Made by a program: the position numbers and the translations under genes. Positions 1 to 9,048 of a stretch of 64,000 bases of DNA are shown piece by piece (the first letter of the stretch is position 1; each line of letters opens with the position of its first letter). Source of the DNA: Candidatus Velthaea sp. (GTDB taxonomy: Bacteria; Vulcanimicrobiota; Vulcanimicrobiia; Vulcanimicrobiales; Vulcanimicrobiaceae); NCBI GenBank assembly GCA_050012475.1, contig JBEKHC010000001.1:64001-128000 (forward strand). The letters run 5' to 3'. The notes beneath the pieces are model-generated. The model saw only the letters and a list, made by a program, of their open reading frames with translations. It made no database searches and was not told the DNA's origin.

Positions 1-1
1 C

Positions 2-181
2 GGCATCGTTCCAGCGTCGATTTGCGGTGGCACGTACGCGCCGGTGTTTTGCTTTTTCGCCTACGCGAACGGCCAGCCGACAACCGGCTTCGAGATCGAT
101 GCCGATCAGCGCTTCGCGGTCAGTGTTGCCGACGATGCCGACGCGGTCGATGCCGGACCGGCGATCGTCGAAATCGCGTAG
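2..181 (+). CDS. 3' end of a hypothetical protein truncated by the window edge
   Basis: Open frame from base 2 (GIVPASICGGTYAPVFCFFAYANG...PAIVEIA) ending at TAG 179-181, convergent with the next gene. Confidence 0.45.
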   Translation, partial: GIVPASICGGTYAPVFCFFAYANGQPTTGFEIDADQRFAVSVADDADAVDAGPAIVEIA

Positions 182-200
182 CGGCCGCGCGCGGGGACGC

Positions 201-656
201 TTATCGGACGAGGCGCCGAACGGGCAGCGTCGCGCAGGTCGTGCTTCCCGCTTCAGCAGCGCCGGGCAAACTCAAGTCGCGGGCCAGCGATTTGATGATG
301 AACAGCCCGCGGCCCGACTCGGCCAGCGGATCGGCAGGTAAGCACACCGGCGGTGCGACGTAGCGCTTCGCGTCGCTCACCGAGAGCTTGGGAAATTCAC
401 CGCCCCAATCGAGGCGGATCGTGACCGGCCCGTGGGCGTGCCGGATGAGGTTGCCAATCAACTCGACGCAGATGAGTTCGGCCGACGCGAAGTCGCTGTC
501 CGCAGCGCCCTCGCGGCGCAACAATTCCATGAGTTCACCCTGCATTGCGCTCGGGTAGATGTCCCCCACAGACTTGAAATGCCACTCCACGCGTGAACCT
601 CGGTACGGAGTATACCCGTTGCGACCGTGCTCATTTGCTCGGTGTGTAACTATCAT
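201..656 (-). CDS. ATP-binding protein, anti-sigma/RsbW-like HATPase
   Basis: ELIGNLIRHA (N-box) and LAESGRGLFII (G-box) motifs; start uncertain. Confidence 0.75.
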   Translation of the reverse strand: MIVTHRANEHGRNGYTPYRGSRVEWHFKSVGDIYPSAMQGELMELLRREGAADSDFASAELICVELIGNLIRHAHGPVTIRLDWGGEFPKLSVSDAKRYVAPPVCLPADPLAESGRGLFIIKSLARDLSLPGAAEAGSTTCATLPVRRLVR

Positions 657-732
657 AAGCCAGAGCTGCCCAATTTCCTGAATACATCAGTCGGCGCGGC
701 GAAACCACGGAGGAAAAGGTTTCCATGCCCGC

Positions 733-2289
733 GTGATTCTATCGCATGTTTGCCCTGGAGCGCAGTCGGCGCACGTGACGCCCGCGGCCCCGTTATTGGA
801 GGTTCGGGCGCTTTCGAAGGGCTTTCCCGGCGTGGCGGCGCTCAGCGACGTGAGCATGACCATCGAAAACGCGGAAGTTCACTGCCTGCTCGGCCAAAAC
901 GGCGCCGGCAAGAGCACGTTGATCAAAATTCTAGCAGGCGCTCAGTCGCCTGATCGCGGCGAGTTGCGCTGGTGCGGTGAATCGGCGGCCTTCGCGCAGC
1001 CGACCGACGCGCTGGCGCGCGGTATCGCCACCATTTACCAGGAACTGGATCTGATCGGCGGTCTATCGGTCGAGGACAATATTTTTCTGGGTCACGAGCC
1101 CCAGACGTTCGGCTTTTCGCGCCGCAATGCGATCCGCACTGCCGCCCGCGCGCTGCTCGAACGCTTGGGGTGTCCGTCGATTGCCCCTGGTGCGATCGTC
1201 GAATCGCTGTCGTCCGCCGAGCAACAGCTGGTGAGCGTGGCGCGCGCGCTGTCGTATCGCGCCCGGCTGCTGATCATGGACGAGCCGACGGCCGTGCTCG
1301 ACCGAGGCGAGGTCGAAACGCTGTTTCGGATCATTCGCGAGCTGGTGGCCGACGGCGTGGCCATCATCTATATCTCGCACCGGCTCGACGAGATTCGCGA
1401 GATCGGCGACGTCGTGACCGTGCTCAAAGACGGCCGGACGATCGGTGAGCGGTTGCCGGCGCGAACGACGTCGACGCCCGAGCTCGTCCGACTCATGACC
1501 GGTCGCAGCGTCGAATATCCGTTTCCACCACGACCCCCCGTCGAGCAGGCCGATTCCCGGCCGGCGGTGTTGCAAGTGATGCAGCTATCGCGCGCCGGAG
1601 CATTTACCGACGTGTCGTTCGACATTCGCGCGGGTGAGATCGTCGGTTTGGCCGGGCTCGTGGGCTCCGGCCGCTCCGAGCTGCTCGAAACGATCTACGG
1701 CGCCGCCCGCGCCACCGCGGGCAGCGTTCGGGTCGGGGGCAGCCCCTTGCCCGGCGGATCGACCGAGGCTTCCGTCGCGCGCGGGATCGGCCTGGCTCCC
1801 GAAGAGCGCAAGCGCCAAGCGCTGCTGCTCGACGACAGCGTGTACCACAACGTATCGCTGCCGTCGCTGGGGCGCTTCGCGCGCGGCGGCTGGATCGATG
1901 CCCGGCGTGAATTGGCGGCGGCGGCCGGCGTTCTGACATCGCTCGACGTTCGTCCGGCCGATCCGCAGCGCATCGTGCGCGAACTCTCGGGCGGCAATCA
2001 ACAGAAGGTCGTCGTTGCGCGCTGGCTGCTGCGGGAATGCGCGTTGCTGATGCTCGACGAGCCGACCCGGGGCGTCGACGTCGGCGCGCGCGCAGATCTG
2101 TACGCGCTCGTGCGAACGCTGGCCAACGACGGCATCGGGATCTTGCTCGTCTCGAGCGAGATTCCCGAAGTCTTGGGCTTGGCGGACCGCGTGCTCGTGC
2201 TGCGCGAAGGACGCATTATTCATCAGGCGCCGGCCGGCGAACTCGACGAAGCGCGCGTGCTCGATCTGATCATGGCCGGACACGCATGA
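733..2289 (+). CDS. Sugar ABC transporter ATP-binding protein (RbsA/MglA family, two ABC domains)
   Basis: GQNGAGKST, LLIMDEPT, LSGGNQQKV, LDEPTRGVDVG; true start may be GTG 775. Confidence 0.95.
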   Translation: MILSHVCPGAQSAHVTPAAPLLEVRALSKGFPGVAALSDVSMTIENAEVHCLLGQNGAGKSTLIKILAGAQSPDRGELRWCGESAAFAQPTDALARGIATIYQELDLIGGLSVEDNIFLGHEPQTFGFSRRNAIRTAARALLERLGCPSIAPGAIVESLSSAEQQLVSVARALSYRARLLIMDEPTAVLDRGEVETLFRIIRELVADGVAIIYISHRLDEIREIGDVVTVLKDGRTIGERLPARTTSTPELVRLMTGRSVEYPFPPRPPVEQADSRPAVLQVMQLSRAGAFTDVSFDIRAGEIVGLAGLVGSGRSELLETIYGAARATAGSVRVGGSPLPGGSTEASVARGIGLAPEERKRQALLLDDSVYHNVSLPSLGRFARGGWIDARRELAAAAGVLTSLDVRPADPQRIVRELSGGNQQKVVVARWLLRECALLMLDEPTRGVDVGARADLYALVRTLANDGIGILLVSSEIPEVLGLADRVLVLREGRIIHQAPAGELDEARVLDLIMAGHA

Positions 2290-3260
2290 GCCGGCCGATC
2301 GTTGCCGCCACGCTTCCCCGTTCGCTGCGCAGCCGTTTGTTCGGTGCCCATAACATCGGGTTGATCGCGGCGTTCGTTGCGATCGTCGCGGCCGGTTCGC
2401 TGCTGTCGCCGTATTTCTTGACCGCGTCGAACGTGCTGACGATTCTGACCACCGCTTCGGTCATCGGCGTCATCTCGGTCGGCATGACGTTCATCATTTT
2501 AGCCGGCGGCATCGATCTGTCCGTCGGCGCGATCGTTGCGCTGGCCGGCGTTTGCGCGACGACTCCCGCGAGCCAGTCGCTGGGGTGGCTGACCATGGTC
2601 GCCATTTGCATCGCCGTCGCGGCAATCGTCGGACTGCTCAACGGCGTGCTCATCGCCTACGGGCGAATGGTGCCGTTCATTGCGACGCTGGCGATGCTCG
2701 TCGCGGCGCGCGGGCTCGCGCAGCACATCTCGGGCGGCGTGCCCCAAACCGTCGACGATGCGACGTTCAACGACATCGGTTCGGCGCTCGTGTTGGGTGT
2801 GCCGTTGCCGGTGTGGGTGTTTGCTGCGGTCGTCGTCATCGGTTGGGTCGTGCTCAATCGCACGACGTTCGGCCGGCGCACGATCGCGATCGGCGGCAAC
2901 CCCGAGGCCAGCCGGCTCGCCGGGATCAACGTCGCACGGCAGACGCTCGTCCTCTACGTGCTGTCGGGCGTGTGCGCCGGCGTCGCGAGCGTGCTGCTCA
3001 CGGCGCGCTTGACGTCGGGATCGAACGATGTCGGCAACCTGTACGAGCTCGATGCGATCGCGGCGGTGATCATCGGCGGAACGCGGTTGACCGGAGGGCG
3101 CGGAACCCTGGCTGGCTCGATCGTCGGCGTGCTCATCTTCACCCTGATCAGCAACATCTTCGTGCTCGAAAATCTCCCCTCCGACATCCAGAGCATCGCC
3201 AAGGGCGTGATCATCGTCGCTGCCGTGCTGCTGCAGCGCAGAAGTGGTTCTTCAAAATAG
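2286..3260 (+). CDS. Sugar ABC transporter permease (RbsC family)
   Basis: GGIDLSVG, FGRRTIAIGGN, YELDAIAAVIIGG; ATGA overlap with the upstream stop. Confidence 0.95.
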   Translation: MSRPIVAATLPRSLRSRLFGAHNIGLIAAFVAIVAAGSLLSPYFLTASNVLTILTTASVIGVISVGMTFIILAGGIDLSVGAIVALAGVCATTPASQSLGWLTMVAICIAVAAIVGLLNGVLIAYGRMVPFIATLAMLVAARGLAQHISGGVPQTVDDATFNDIGSALVLGVPLPVWVFAAVVVIGWVVLNRTTFGRRTIAIGGNPEASRLAGINVARQTLVLYVLSGVCAGVASVLLTARLTSGSNDVGNLYELDAIAAVIIGGTRLTGGRGTLAGSIVGVLIFTLISNIFVLENLPSDIQSIAKGVIIVAAVLLQRRSGSSK

Positions 3261-3280
3261 CCCAAACGAAAGGTCGAATC

Positions 3281-4267
3281 GTGAAAAGATCAGAGCTGGT
3301 CCAAGGTGCCGCCGTCGTCGCGGCCGGTGCGGCGTTCGCCGGAACGGCGACGCTCGCCGACGTCCAGGCCGCGCACGCGCAAAGCGGGAAGAAGATCAAC
3401 ATCGGATTTTCCGCGCCCGGTGCCAATCACGGCTGGCTGGCCGCGATTACGAAAAACGCCAAAGCGCAAGCGGCGAAATACCCCGACGTCGAACTCGCGT
3501 TGACCGAAGGCAATTCGACTTCGGCCGAACAGATCGGACAGATCGAAACACTGATCAATCGCAAAGTCGACGTGCTGGTGATCTTGCCGCAAGAGGGTCA
3601 GGCGCTCACCGCAGTGGCGATCAAAGCCATGCGCGCCGGAATTCCGGTGGTCAATCTCGATCGCATCTTCAGTTCGCCGCTGGCGTACCGCACGTGGATC
3701 GGCGGCGACAACTACGGGATGGGTGTCTCGGCGGGAAACTATATCGGTCAGACGCTCAAAAAGGGCAAAGTCGTCGAGATCGCCGGGCTTGATTCGCTCG
3801 AACTCACCAAACAGCGCAGCGCCGGGTTTGCCGACGCGCTCAAGGGCTATCCGGGCATCGAGGTCGTCGCGCGTCAGGCCGCCGATTTCACCCCCGATAC
3901 GGGCGAACGCGTGATGGCCAACGTATTGCAGGCCCAGCCGCACATCGACGCGGTGTGGAATCACGACGACGATCAGGGCATCGGCGTCGAGGCAGCGATT
4001 CGCAATGCGCACCGTTCGGAATTCTTCATGGTCGGCGGTGCGGGATCGAAGCACGCGATGGACGTGATCCGCTCGGGCGGCATCATCAAAGCCACGGTCC
4101 TGTATTCGCCGTCGATGGCGGCGTCGGCGATCAACTTGGCACGGCTGATCGGCATGGGTCGCGGCCTGTCGGAGACCGCCGAGAAAGTCGTTCCGTCGTC
4201 GATCACGCTGTATTCCGCGGTCGTCACCAAAGAGAACGTTGCCCAGTACGCCGACGTCGGTTTCTAG
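3281..4267 (+). CDS. Sugar ABC transporter substrate-binding protein (RbsB-like)
   Basis: GTG start after AAGG; Tat-like signal MKRSELVQGAAVVAAG..AHA; AGIPVVNLDR and GGDNYGMG motifs. Confidence 0.92.
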   Translation: MKRSELVQGAAVVAAGAAFAGTATLADVQAAHAQSGKKINIGFSAPGANHGWLAAITKNAKAQAAKYPDVELALTEGNSTSAEQIGQIETLINRKVDVLVILPQEGQALTAVAIKAMRAGIPVVNLDRIFSSPLAYRTWIGGDNYGMGVSAGNYIGQTLKKGKVVEIAGLDSLELTKQRSAGFADALKGYPGIEVVARQAADFTPDTGERVMANVLQAQPHIDAVWNHDDDQGIGVEAAIRNAHRSEFFMVGGAGSKHAMDVIRSGGIIKATVLYSPSMAASAINLARLIGMGRGLSETAEKVVPSSITLYSAVVTKENVAQYADVGF

Positions 4268-4273
4268 CCCGGC

Positions 4274-5242
4274 ATGAACATTTGCGTCGTCGGCTCGACG
4301 ATGGTCGACCTCGTTACGCGCGTGCCGCGGTTGCCGCAGGCGGGCGAAACGTTGGCGGGATACTCGTTCTCGCTGGGCTACGGTGGGAAGGGCGGAAACC
4401 AAGCGGTCACCGCCGCGCGGCTCGGCGCGCACGTCACGCTCGTCACGCGCATCGGCACCGACGTTTTCGGTGACGGTGCGTTGGCGAATTATCGCGCCGC
4501 CGGTTTCGACGTGCGTTACGTGCTGCGCACCGCGCAGCACGCAACGGGCGTTGCGACGATCCTCGTCGACGATGCCGCGCAGAATTGCATCGCGATCGCG
4601 CCGGGTGCGAACGCCCAACTTTCAGACCAGGACGTTCAAGGGGCAAGCGCCGCGATCGGTGCCGCCGACGTCGTCGTGTGTCAGCTCGAAGTCCCCGTGG
4701 CCGCGGCCATCGCGGCCTTCCGCATCGCGCGCGCCGCCGGCGTCAAGACCATCTTCAATCCGGCGCCCGCAGCGCCGGTTCCGGATGAAATCTGGCAACT
4801 CACCGACGTCGCGACGCCGAACGAAACCGAAGTCGAACTGCTGACCGGGATTCGCGCCGACAGCGACGAGCATGCCGAGCGCGCCGCGCGCGCGTTGCTC
4901 GAGCGCGGGGCGCGTGCGGTGATCCTGACGCTGGGAACGCGCGGCTCGCTGGTCGTGACGCCGGAAGGCACCGATCGCATCGCACCGGTGAGCGTCGAAG
5001 CAGTCGACTCGACCGGGGCGGGTGACGCCTACGTCGGAACGCTCGCCGTCTGCTTGGGTGCGGGATTCTCGCTGGTCGATGCGGCGCGGCGCGCGAATCT
5101 CGTCGCTGCGTTATCCGTCACTCGCCCCGGAACGCAAACGTCGTTTCCGGATGCGGCGCAAGCGCGGGAATTTCTGGGCCGCTACAATCTCGAATTGCTG
5201 CCCGACCCTCCGGCGCAAAGCACTGCGCCCACCGTAGCTTGA
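4274..5242 (+). CDS. rbsK: Ribokinase (PfkB family)
   Basis: GGKGGNQAV, NPAPA, PNETE, DSTGAGDAYVG. Confidence 0.88.
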   Translation: MNICVVGSTMVDLVTRVPRLPQAGETLAGYSFSLGYGGKGGNQAVTAARLGAHVTLVTRIGTDVFGDGALANYRAAGFDVRYVLRTAQHATGVATILVDDAAQNCIAIAPGANAQLSDQDVQGASAAIGAADVVVCQLEVPVAAAIAAFRIARAAGVKTIFNPAPAAPVPDEIWQLTDVATPNETEVELLTGIRADSDEHAERAARALLERGARAVILTLGTRGSLVVTPEGTDRIAPVSVEAVDSTGAGDAYVGTLAVCLGAGFSLVDAARRANLVAALSVTRPGTQTSFPDAAQAREFLGRYNLELLPDPPAQSTAPTVA

Positions 5243-5321
5243 GCGAACACATCGAAAGCCTGCCGCCGCTGGGTCGCGCGATCCACCTGCGCGTTCTTGG
5301 ATAAAAGGGACTTGGGACGAA

Positions 5322-6569
5322 ATGACAACAACTTCGGAATCGCAAAGCGCGACCGCACGACCGAAGCCGTCGATCGGCGTCGGTATGGCCGGCTACGCCT
5401 TCATGGGCGCCGCACATTCGCAAGCCTGGCGGACCGTGGGCCGGGTGTTCGACTTGGCCCTGGCCCCCACGATGGTTGCGATTGCCGGCCGGAACCGGAC
5501 CGCGGTCGCGGCGGCCGCGGAACGCTTTGGCTGGCAGTCGTTCGAGACCGATTGGCATCGCTTGATCGAGCGGGCGGATATCGATCTCGTCGACATCTGT
5601 ACGCCGGGTTCGTCGCACGCTGAGATCGCGATCGCTGCGTTGCGCGCCGGAAAGCACGTGCTATGCGAGAAGCCGCTGGCGAACACGCTCGCCGAAGCCG
5701 AAGCGATGACGCTCGAAGCCGATCGCGCGGCGGAACGCGGCGTGCGCACGATGGTCGGCTTCAGCTACCGGCGCGTCCCGGCAATCGCGTTCGCGCGCCA
5801 GATGATCGCCGAGGGGCGGCTGGGGACCATCCGCCACGTCCGCGCGCAGTATCTGCAAGACTGGATCGTCGACCCTCAATTCCCGCTGGTCTGGCGGTTG
5901 CGCGCCGAAGAAGCCGGATCGGGCGCGCTGGGCGACATCGGCGCGCATATCATCGACGCGACGCAGTTTATTTTGGGCGACCGCATCGCCGGCGTGAGCG
6001 GATTATCGGAAACCTTCGTCAAGGAGCGGCCGCTCCCGGCGCAGAGCGCGGGCGGCGGCCTGCAAGCGACGGGTGCGGCGGGCCGCGGAGCCGTGACCGT
6101 CGACGACGCTGTCGTTTTCATCGCGCGCTTCGCCGGCGGTGCGCTGGCAACGTTCGAGGCGACGCGGTTTGCGACGGGTCGAAAGAATTCGCTGCGGCTG
6201 GAGTTCAACGGCGAGCTGGGTTCGCTCGCGTTCGATCTCGAGGCGTTCAACGAACTCCACTATTTCGACCGCAGCGGACCCGCGACAACGCAAGGTTTCC
6301 GGCGCATCCTCGTCACCGAGCCCGAGCATCCGTACATGGCGGCGTGGTGGCCGCCCGGGCATATCATCGGCTACGAACACACCTTCACCCACGAAGTCCG
6401 CGACCTGCTTGAAGCGATCGCCCAAGGGCGCGATCCGGCGCCGGCGTTTCGCGACGGACTGCAAGTGCAGCGCGTGCTCGACGCGGTCGGCCGCAGCGCT
6501 GCCGCGAACGCAGGTTGGATGGCCGTTCCGCTCGACAACGCCGTTTTGACTGGAGGCCCACAGAAATGA
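5322..6569 (+). CDS. Gfo/Idh/MocA family NAD-dependent sugar oxidoreductase (levoglucosan dehydrogenase-like)
   Basis: [39 protein letters not shown]. Confidence 0.9.
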   Translation: MTTTSESQSATARPKPSIGVGMAGYAFMGAAHSQAWRTVGRVFDLALAPTMVAIAGRNRTAVAAAAERFGWQSFETDWHRLIERADIDLVDICTPGSSHAEIAIAALRAGKHVLCEKPLANTLAEAEAMTLEADRAAERGVRTMVGFSYRRVPAIAFARQMIAEGRLGTIRHVRAQYLQDWIVDPQFPLVWRLRAEEAGSGALGDIGAHIIDATQFILGDRIAGVSGLSETFVKERPLPAQSAGGGLQATGAAGRGAVTVDDAVVFIARFAGGALATFEATRFATGRKNSLRLEFNGELGSLAFDLEAFNELHYFDRSGPATTQGFRRILVTEPEHPYMAAWWPPGHIIGYEHTFTHEVRDLLEAIAQGRDPAPAFRDGLQVQRVLDAVGRSAAANAGWMAVPLDNAVLTGGPQK

Positions 6570-7570
6570 GACCGATGACGCTCTTCACCGGACAATGGGC
6601 GGATCTGCCGCTGCGCGTCGTGTGCGAGAAGGCTGCGGCGTGGGGGTACGACGGACTCGAGCTTGCCTGTTGGGGCGATCACTTCGAGGTCGACAAAGCG
6701 CTGGCCGACGATTCTTACGTGGGCGAGAAACGACGGCTTTTGGAGTCGTACGGTCTGGGCTGCTGGATCATTTCCAATCATTTGGTGGGACAAGCGGTGT
6801 GCGATCACCCGATCGATCTGCGCCATAAGAACATTTTGCCGCCGCGCATTTGGGGCGACGGCGACCCCGAAGGCGTTCGCCGCCGGGCTGCCGAGGAGAT
6901 GAAAGACACGGCGCGCGCGGCGGCAAAATTCGACGTGAAAACCGTCGTCGGCTTTACGGGCTCGAAGATCTGGATCACGCTCGCAGGTTTTCCACCCGTG
7001 CCGCCCGAGATGATCGACGACGGCTATCGGGATTTCGCCGACCGCTGGAATCCCATCATCGACGTCTTCGATTCCGTCGGCGTGCGCTTTGCGCACGAAG
7101 TCCATCCGTCCGAAATCGCATACGATTACTGGACGACGAAACGCGCGCTCGAGGCGATGTCGAACCGGCCCGGTTTCGGTTTGAATTTCGATCCCAGTCA
7201 CTTCATCTGGCAGGATCTCGACCCGATTGCGTTCTTGCGCGATTTCGCCGATCGCATCTATCACGTCGACTGCAAAGAGTCGGTCCGTCATCTCGACGGA
7301 CGCAACGGCCGGTTAGCGTCGCATCTGCCCTTCGGCGATCTGCGCCGCGGCTGGGATTTCGTCTCCGTCGGCCACGGGGACGTGCCGTGGGAGCACTGCT
7401 TTCGCATGCTCAACGCGATCGGATACGACGGCCCGATCTCCGTCGAGTGGGAAGATTCGGGCATGGATCGCGAACTGGGCGCACCCGAAGCGCTGGCCTT
7501 CTTGCGCAAGCTGAACTTCAGCCCGCCGGCCACGGCGTTCGACGCGGCGTTCGCGAGTTCGAGCGCCTAG
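6566..7570 (+). CDS. Sugar phosphate isomerase/epimerase, xylose-isomerase-like TIM barrel
   Basis: [35 protein letters not shown] metal-site motifs; ATGA overlap. Confidence 0.88.
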   Translation: MRPMTLFTGQWADLPLRVVCEKAAAWGYDGLELACWGDHFEVDKALADDSYVGEKRRLLESYGLGCWIISNHLVGQAVCDHPIDLRHKNILPPRIWGDGDPEGVRRRAAEEMKDTARAAAKFDVKTVVGFTGSKIWITLAGFPPVPPEMIDDGYRDFADRWNPIIDVFDSVGVRFAHEVHPSEIAYDYWTTKRALEAMSNRPGFGLNFDPSHFIWQDLDPIAFLRDFADRIYHVDCKESVRHLDGRNGRLASHLPFGDLRRGWDFVSVGHGDVPWEHCFRMLNAIGYDGPISVEWEDSGMDRELGAPEALAFLRKLNFSPPATAFDAAFASSSA

Positions 7571-7622
7571 GCAGACCGGACTTCGCGACCAGCGGTGTGC
7601 GCTCGCGCACGGCTGTGCTGGC

Positions 7623-7650
7623 TAAGGCTTCTTTGTCAACTCTCCGATAC
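7623..7650 (+). promoter_or_regulatory. Putative sigma28 (FliA/SigD/WhiG)-like promoter
   Basis: TAAG-N16-TCCGATAC versus consensus TAAA-N15-GCCGATAA; aligns with the paralog promoter at 12062. Confidence 0.5.
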
Positions 7651-7706
7651 AAGCCGTACGGCGCTCGTAAAGCGTCGGTAAATTTCGCGCCCGGAGAGCC
7701 GAACAA

Positions 7707-8879
7707 ATGCCAGTCTCGCCAGCCCGCTCCCACGTCGCACGCCTTGCAGCGTTTACTCTGGCCGCCGGCTTGACCGCCTGCGGCGGGGGCGGCGGCAGCG
7801 CCGCGCTGAGCCCGGCTCTTCGTCCGGCGTCCAGTGCCCTGGGCGCGCTGGCGCCGACGGGTGCAGCGCGCTACTCGCTCGGGTTGGTCAACGCGGCTCC
7901 GGCGGAGATCGCGCAAATGCCGCACATCCGGCACGAGCTCTCGCTCACGACGCTTCCGGCGGCTGTCGATCTCTCGGCGAAAATGCCCGCAGTCGGATAC
8001 CAGGGCCAAGAAGGTTCGTGCGTCGGTTGGGCGACCGCGTATGCGATGCGCGGCTATGAGGCGCGTCAGGACGTGTGGTCGAGCATCGCGCCGCAAAGCA
8101 CCGATCCGGCGGTGAATTTCAGTCCGGCATTCGTTTATAACCAACTCGACGGCGGCAAGGACGCCGGCATTTCCATTCCCGCGGCCCTCGCCTTGATGCA
8201 GCAACGGGGCGCCGCAACGTTAGCCGACATGCCGTATGTTGCCGGCCAGTACAAAACGCAGCCGTCCGCCGCAGCGTTTGGCGACGCCGCGCACTATAAA
8301 GTGTCCTCGTTCGGCAGCATCGCTCCGAGCGACCTGACGTCGATGAAAGCGCAGGTCGCCGCCGGCATCCCGGTGATGCTGGCGATCAAAGTCTACGCCA
8401 ACCTCTACGCGCTGGGCGCGAACCAAGTCTACACGGGCATCGCGGGGACCTACGAAGGCGGACATGCAGTTTCGGTCGTCGGCTACGACGACGCGAAGCA
8501 GGCCGCCAAATTCATCAACTCCTGGGGCACGTCGTGGGGCACGGCGGGATACGGCTGGATCAGCTATGCAGCGTTGAATCAAATTACGGTCGAAGCCTAT
8601 TCGGCCATCGACGATCATGGTGCGCCCAAGCCGGTCGCTACCGTAGCGCCGGCGACACCGCGGCTGGCAACGACGCCCACACCGGCACCCAAGCCCAAAG
8701 TGACGCCGGCGCCGACGCCCAAACCCAAAACGACGCTGACGCCGAAGCCGGCCCCCAAGCCGACGGCAATCGCGAAGCCGACGCCGAAGCCAGCCCCCAA
8801 GCCCACGGCAACCGCGAAGCCGAAGCCGGCGCCGACCTCGTCGCCCAAACCGAAGGCAAGCGCGACGCCGCACGGCTAA
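7707..8879 (+). CDS. Papain-like C1 cysteine peptidase lipoprotein with Pro/Thr/Lys-rich tail
   Basis: Lipobox [14 protein letters not shown] (Gln/Cys), GGHAV (His), NSWG (Asn); C-terminal PAPKP repeats. Confidence 0.9.
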   Translation: MPVSPARSHVARLAAFTLAAGLTACGGGGGSAALSPALRPASSALGALAPTGAARYSLGLVNAAPAEIAQMPHIRHELSLTTLPAAVDLSAKMPAVGYQGQEGSCVGWATAYAMRGYEARQDVWSSIAPQSTDPAVNFSPAFVYNQLDGGKDAGISIPAALALMQQRGAATLADMPYVAGQYKTQPSAAAFGDAAHYKVSSFGSIAPSDLTSMKAQVAAGIPVMLAIKVYANLYALGANQVYTGIAGTYEGGHAVSVVGYDDAKQAAKFINSWGTSWGTAGYGWISYAALNQITVEAYSAIDDHGAPKPVATVAPATPRLATTPTPAPKPKVTPAPTPKPKTTLTPKPAPKPTAIAKPTPKPAPKPTATAKPKPAPTSSPKPKASATPHG

Positions 8880-8943
8880 GCCGCCAAGACGTGCTGCTGC
8901 CTTTATTCGGCGGCACGTGCTGCTTGGCAGACCAAAGTCTTGA

Positions 8944-9024
8944 GTGCAGCGGGTGCCGACGCGTTAGGCTCAGAGGAGGCCCGTCGTCCGACCGGGCGCT
9001 CGCGCCGTCCTCGAGACGGCCTGA
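8944..9024 (+). promoter_or_regulatory. Candidate kup leader: short uORF plus two hairpins
   Basis: GTG CAG CGG GTG CCG ACG CGT TAG (8944-8967), then GGAGG, hairpins GCCCG..CGGGC (8979-8997) and GCCGTC-CTCGA-GACGGC (9004-9020). Confidence 0.35.
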
Positions 9025-9048
9025 ACTCTCGTTTGGGTGCTCATTTTC

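Noticed and set aside
711..725. LacI-type operator AGGAAAAGGTTTCCA before the sugar operon
   Set aside because: Imperfect palindrome lacking the central CG; no LacI gene nearby
8880..9048. c-di-AMP (ydaO) or M-box riboswitch upstream of kup
   Set aside because: Hallmark segments of those families are not recognisable; kept only as an unclassified leader
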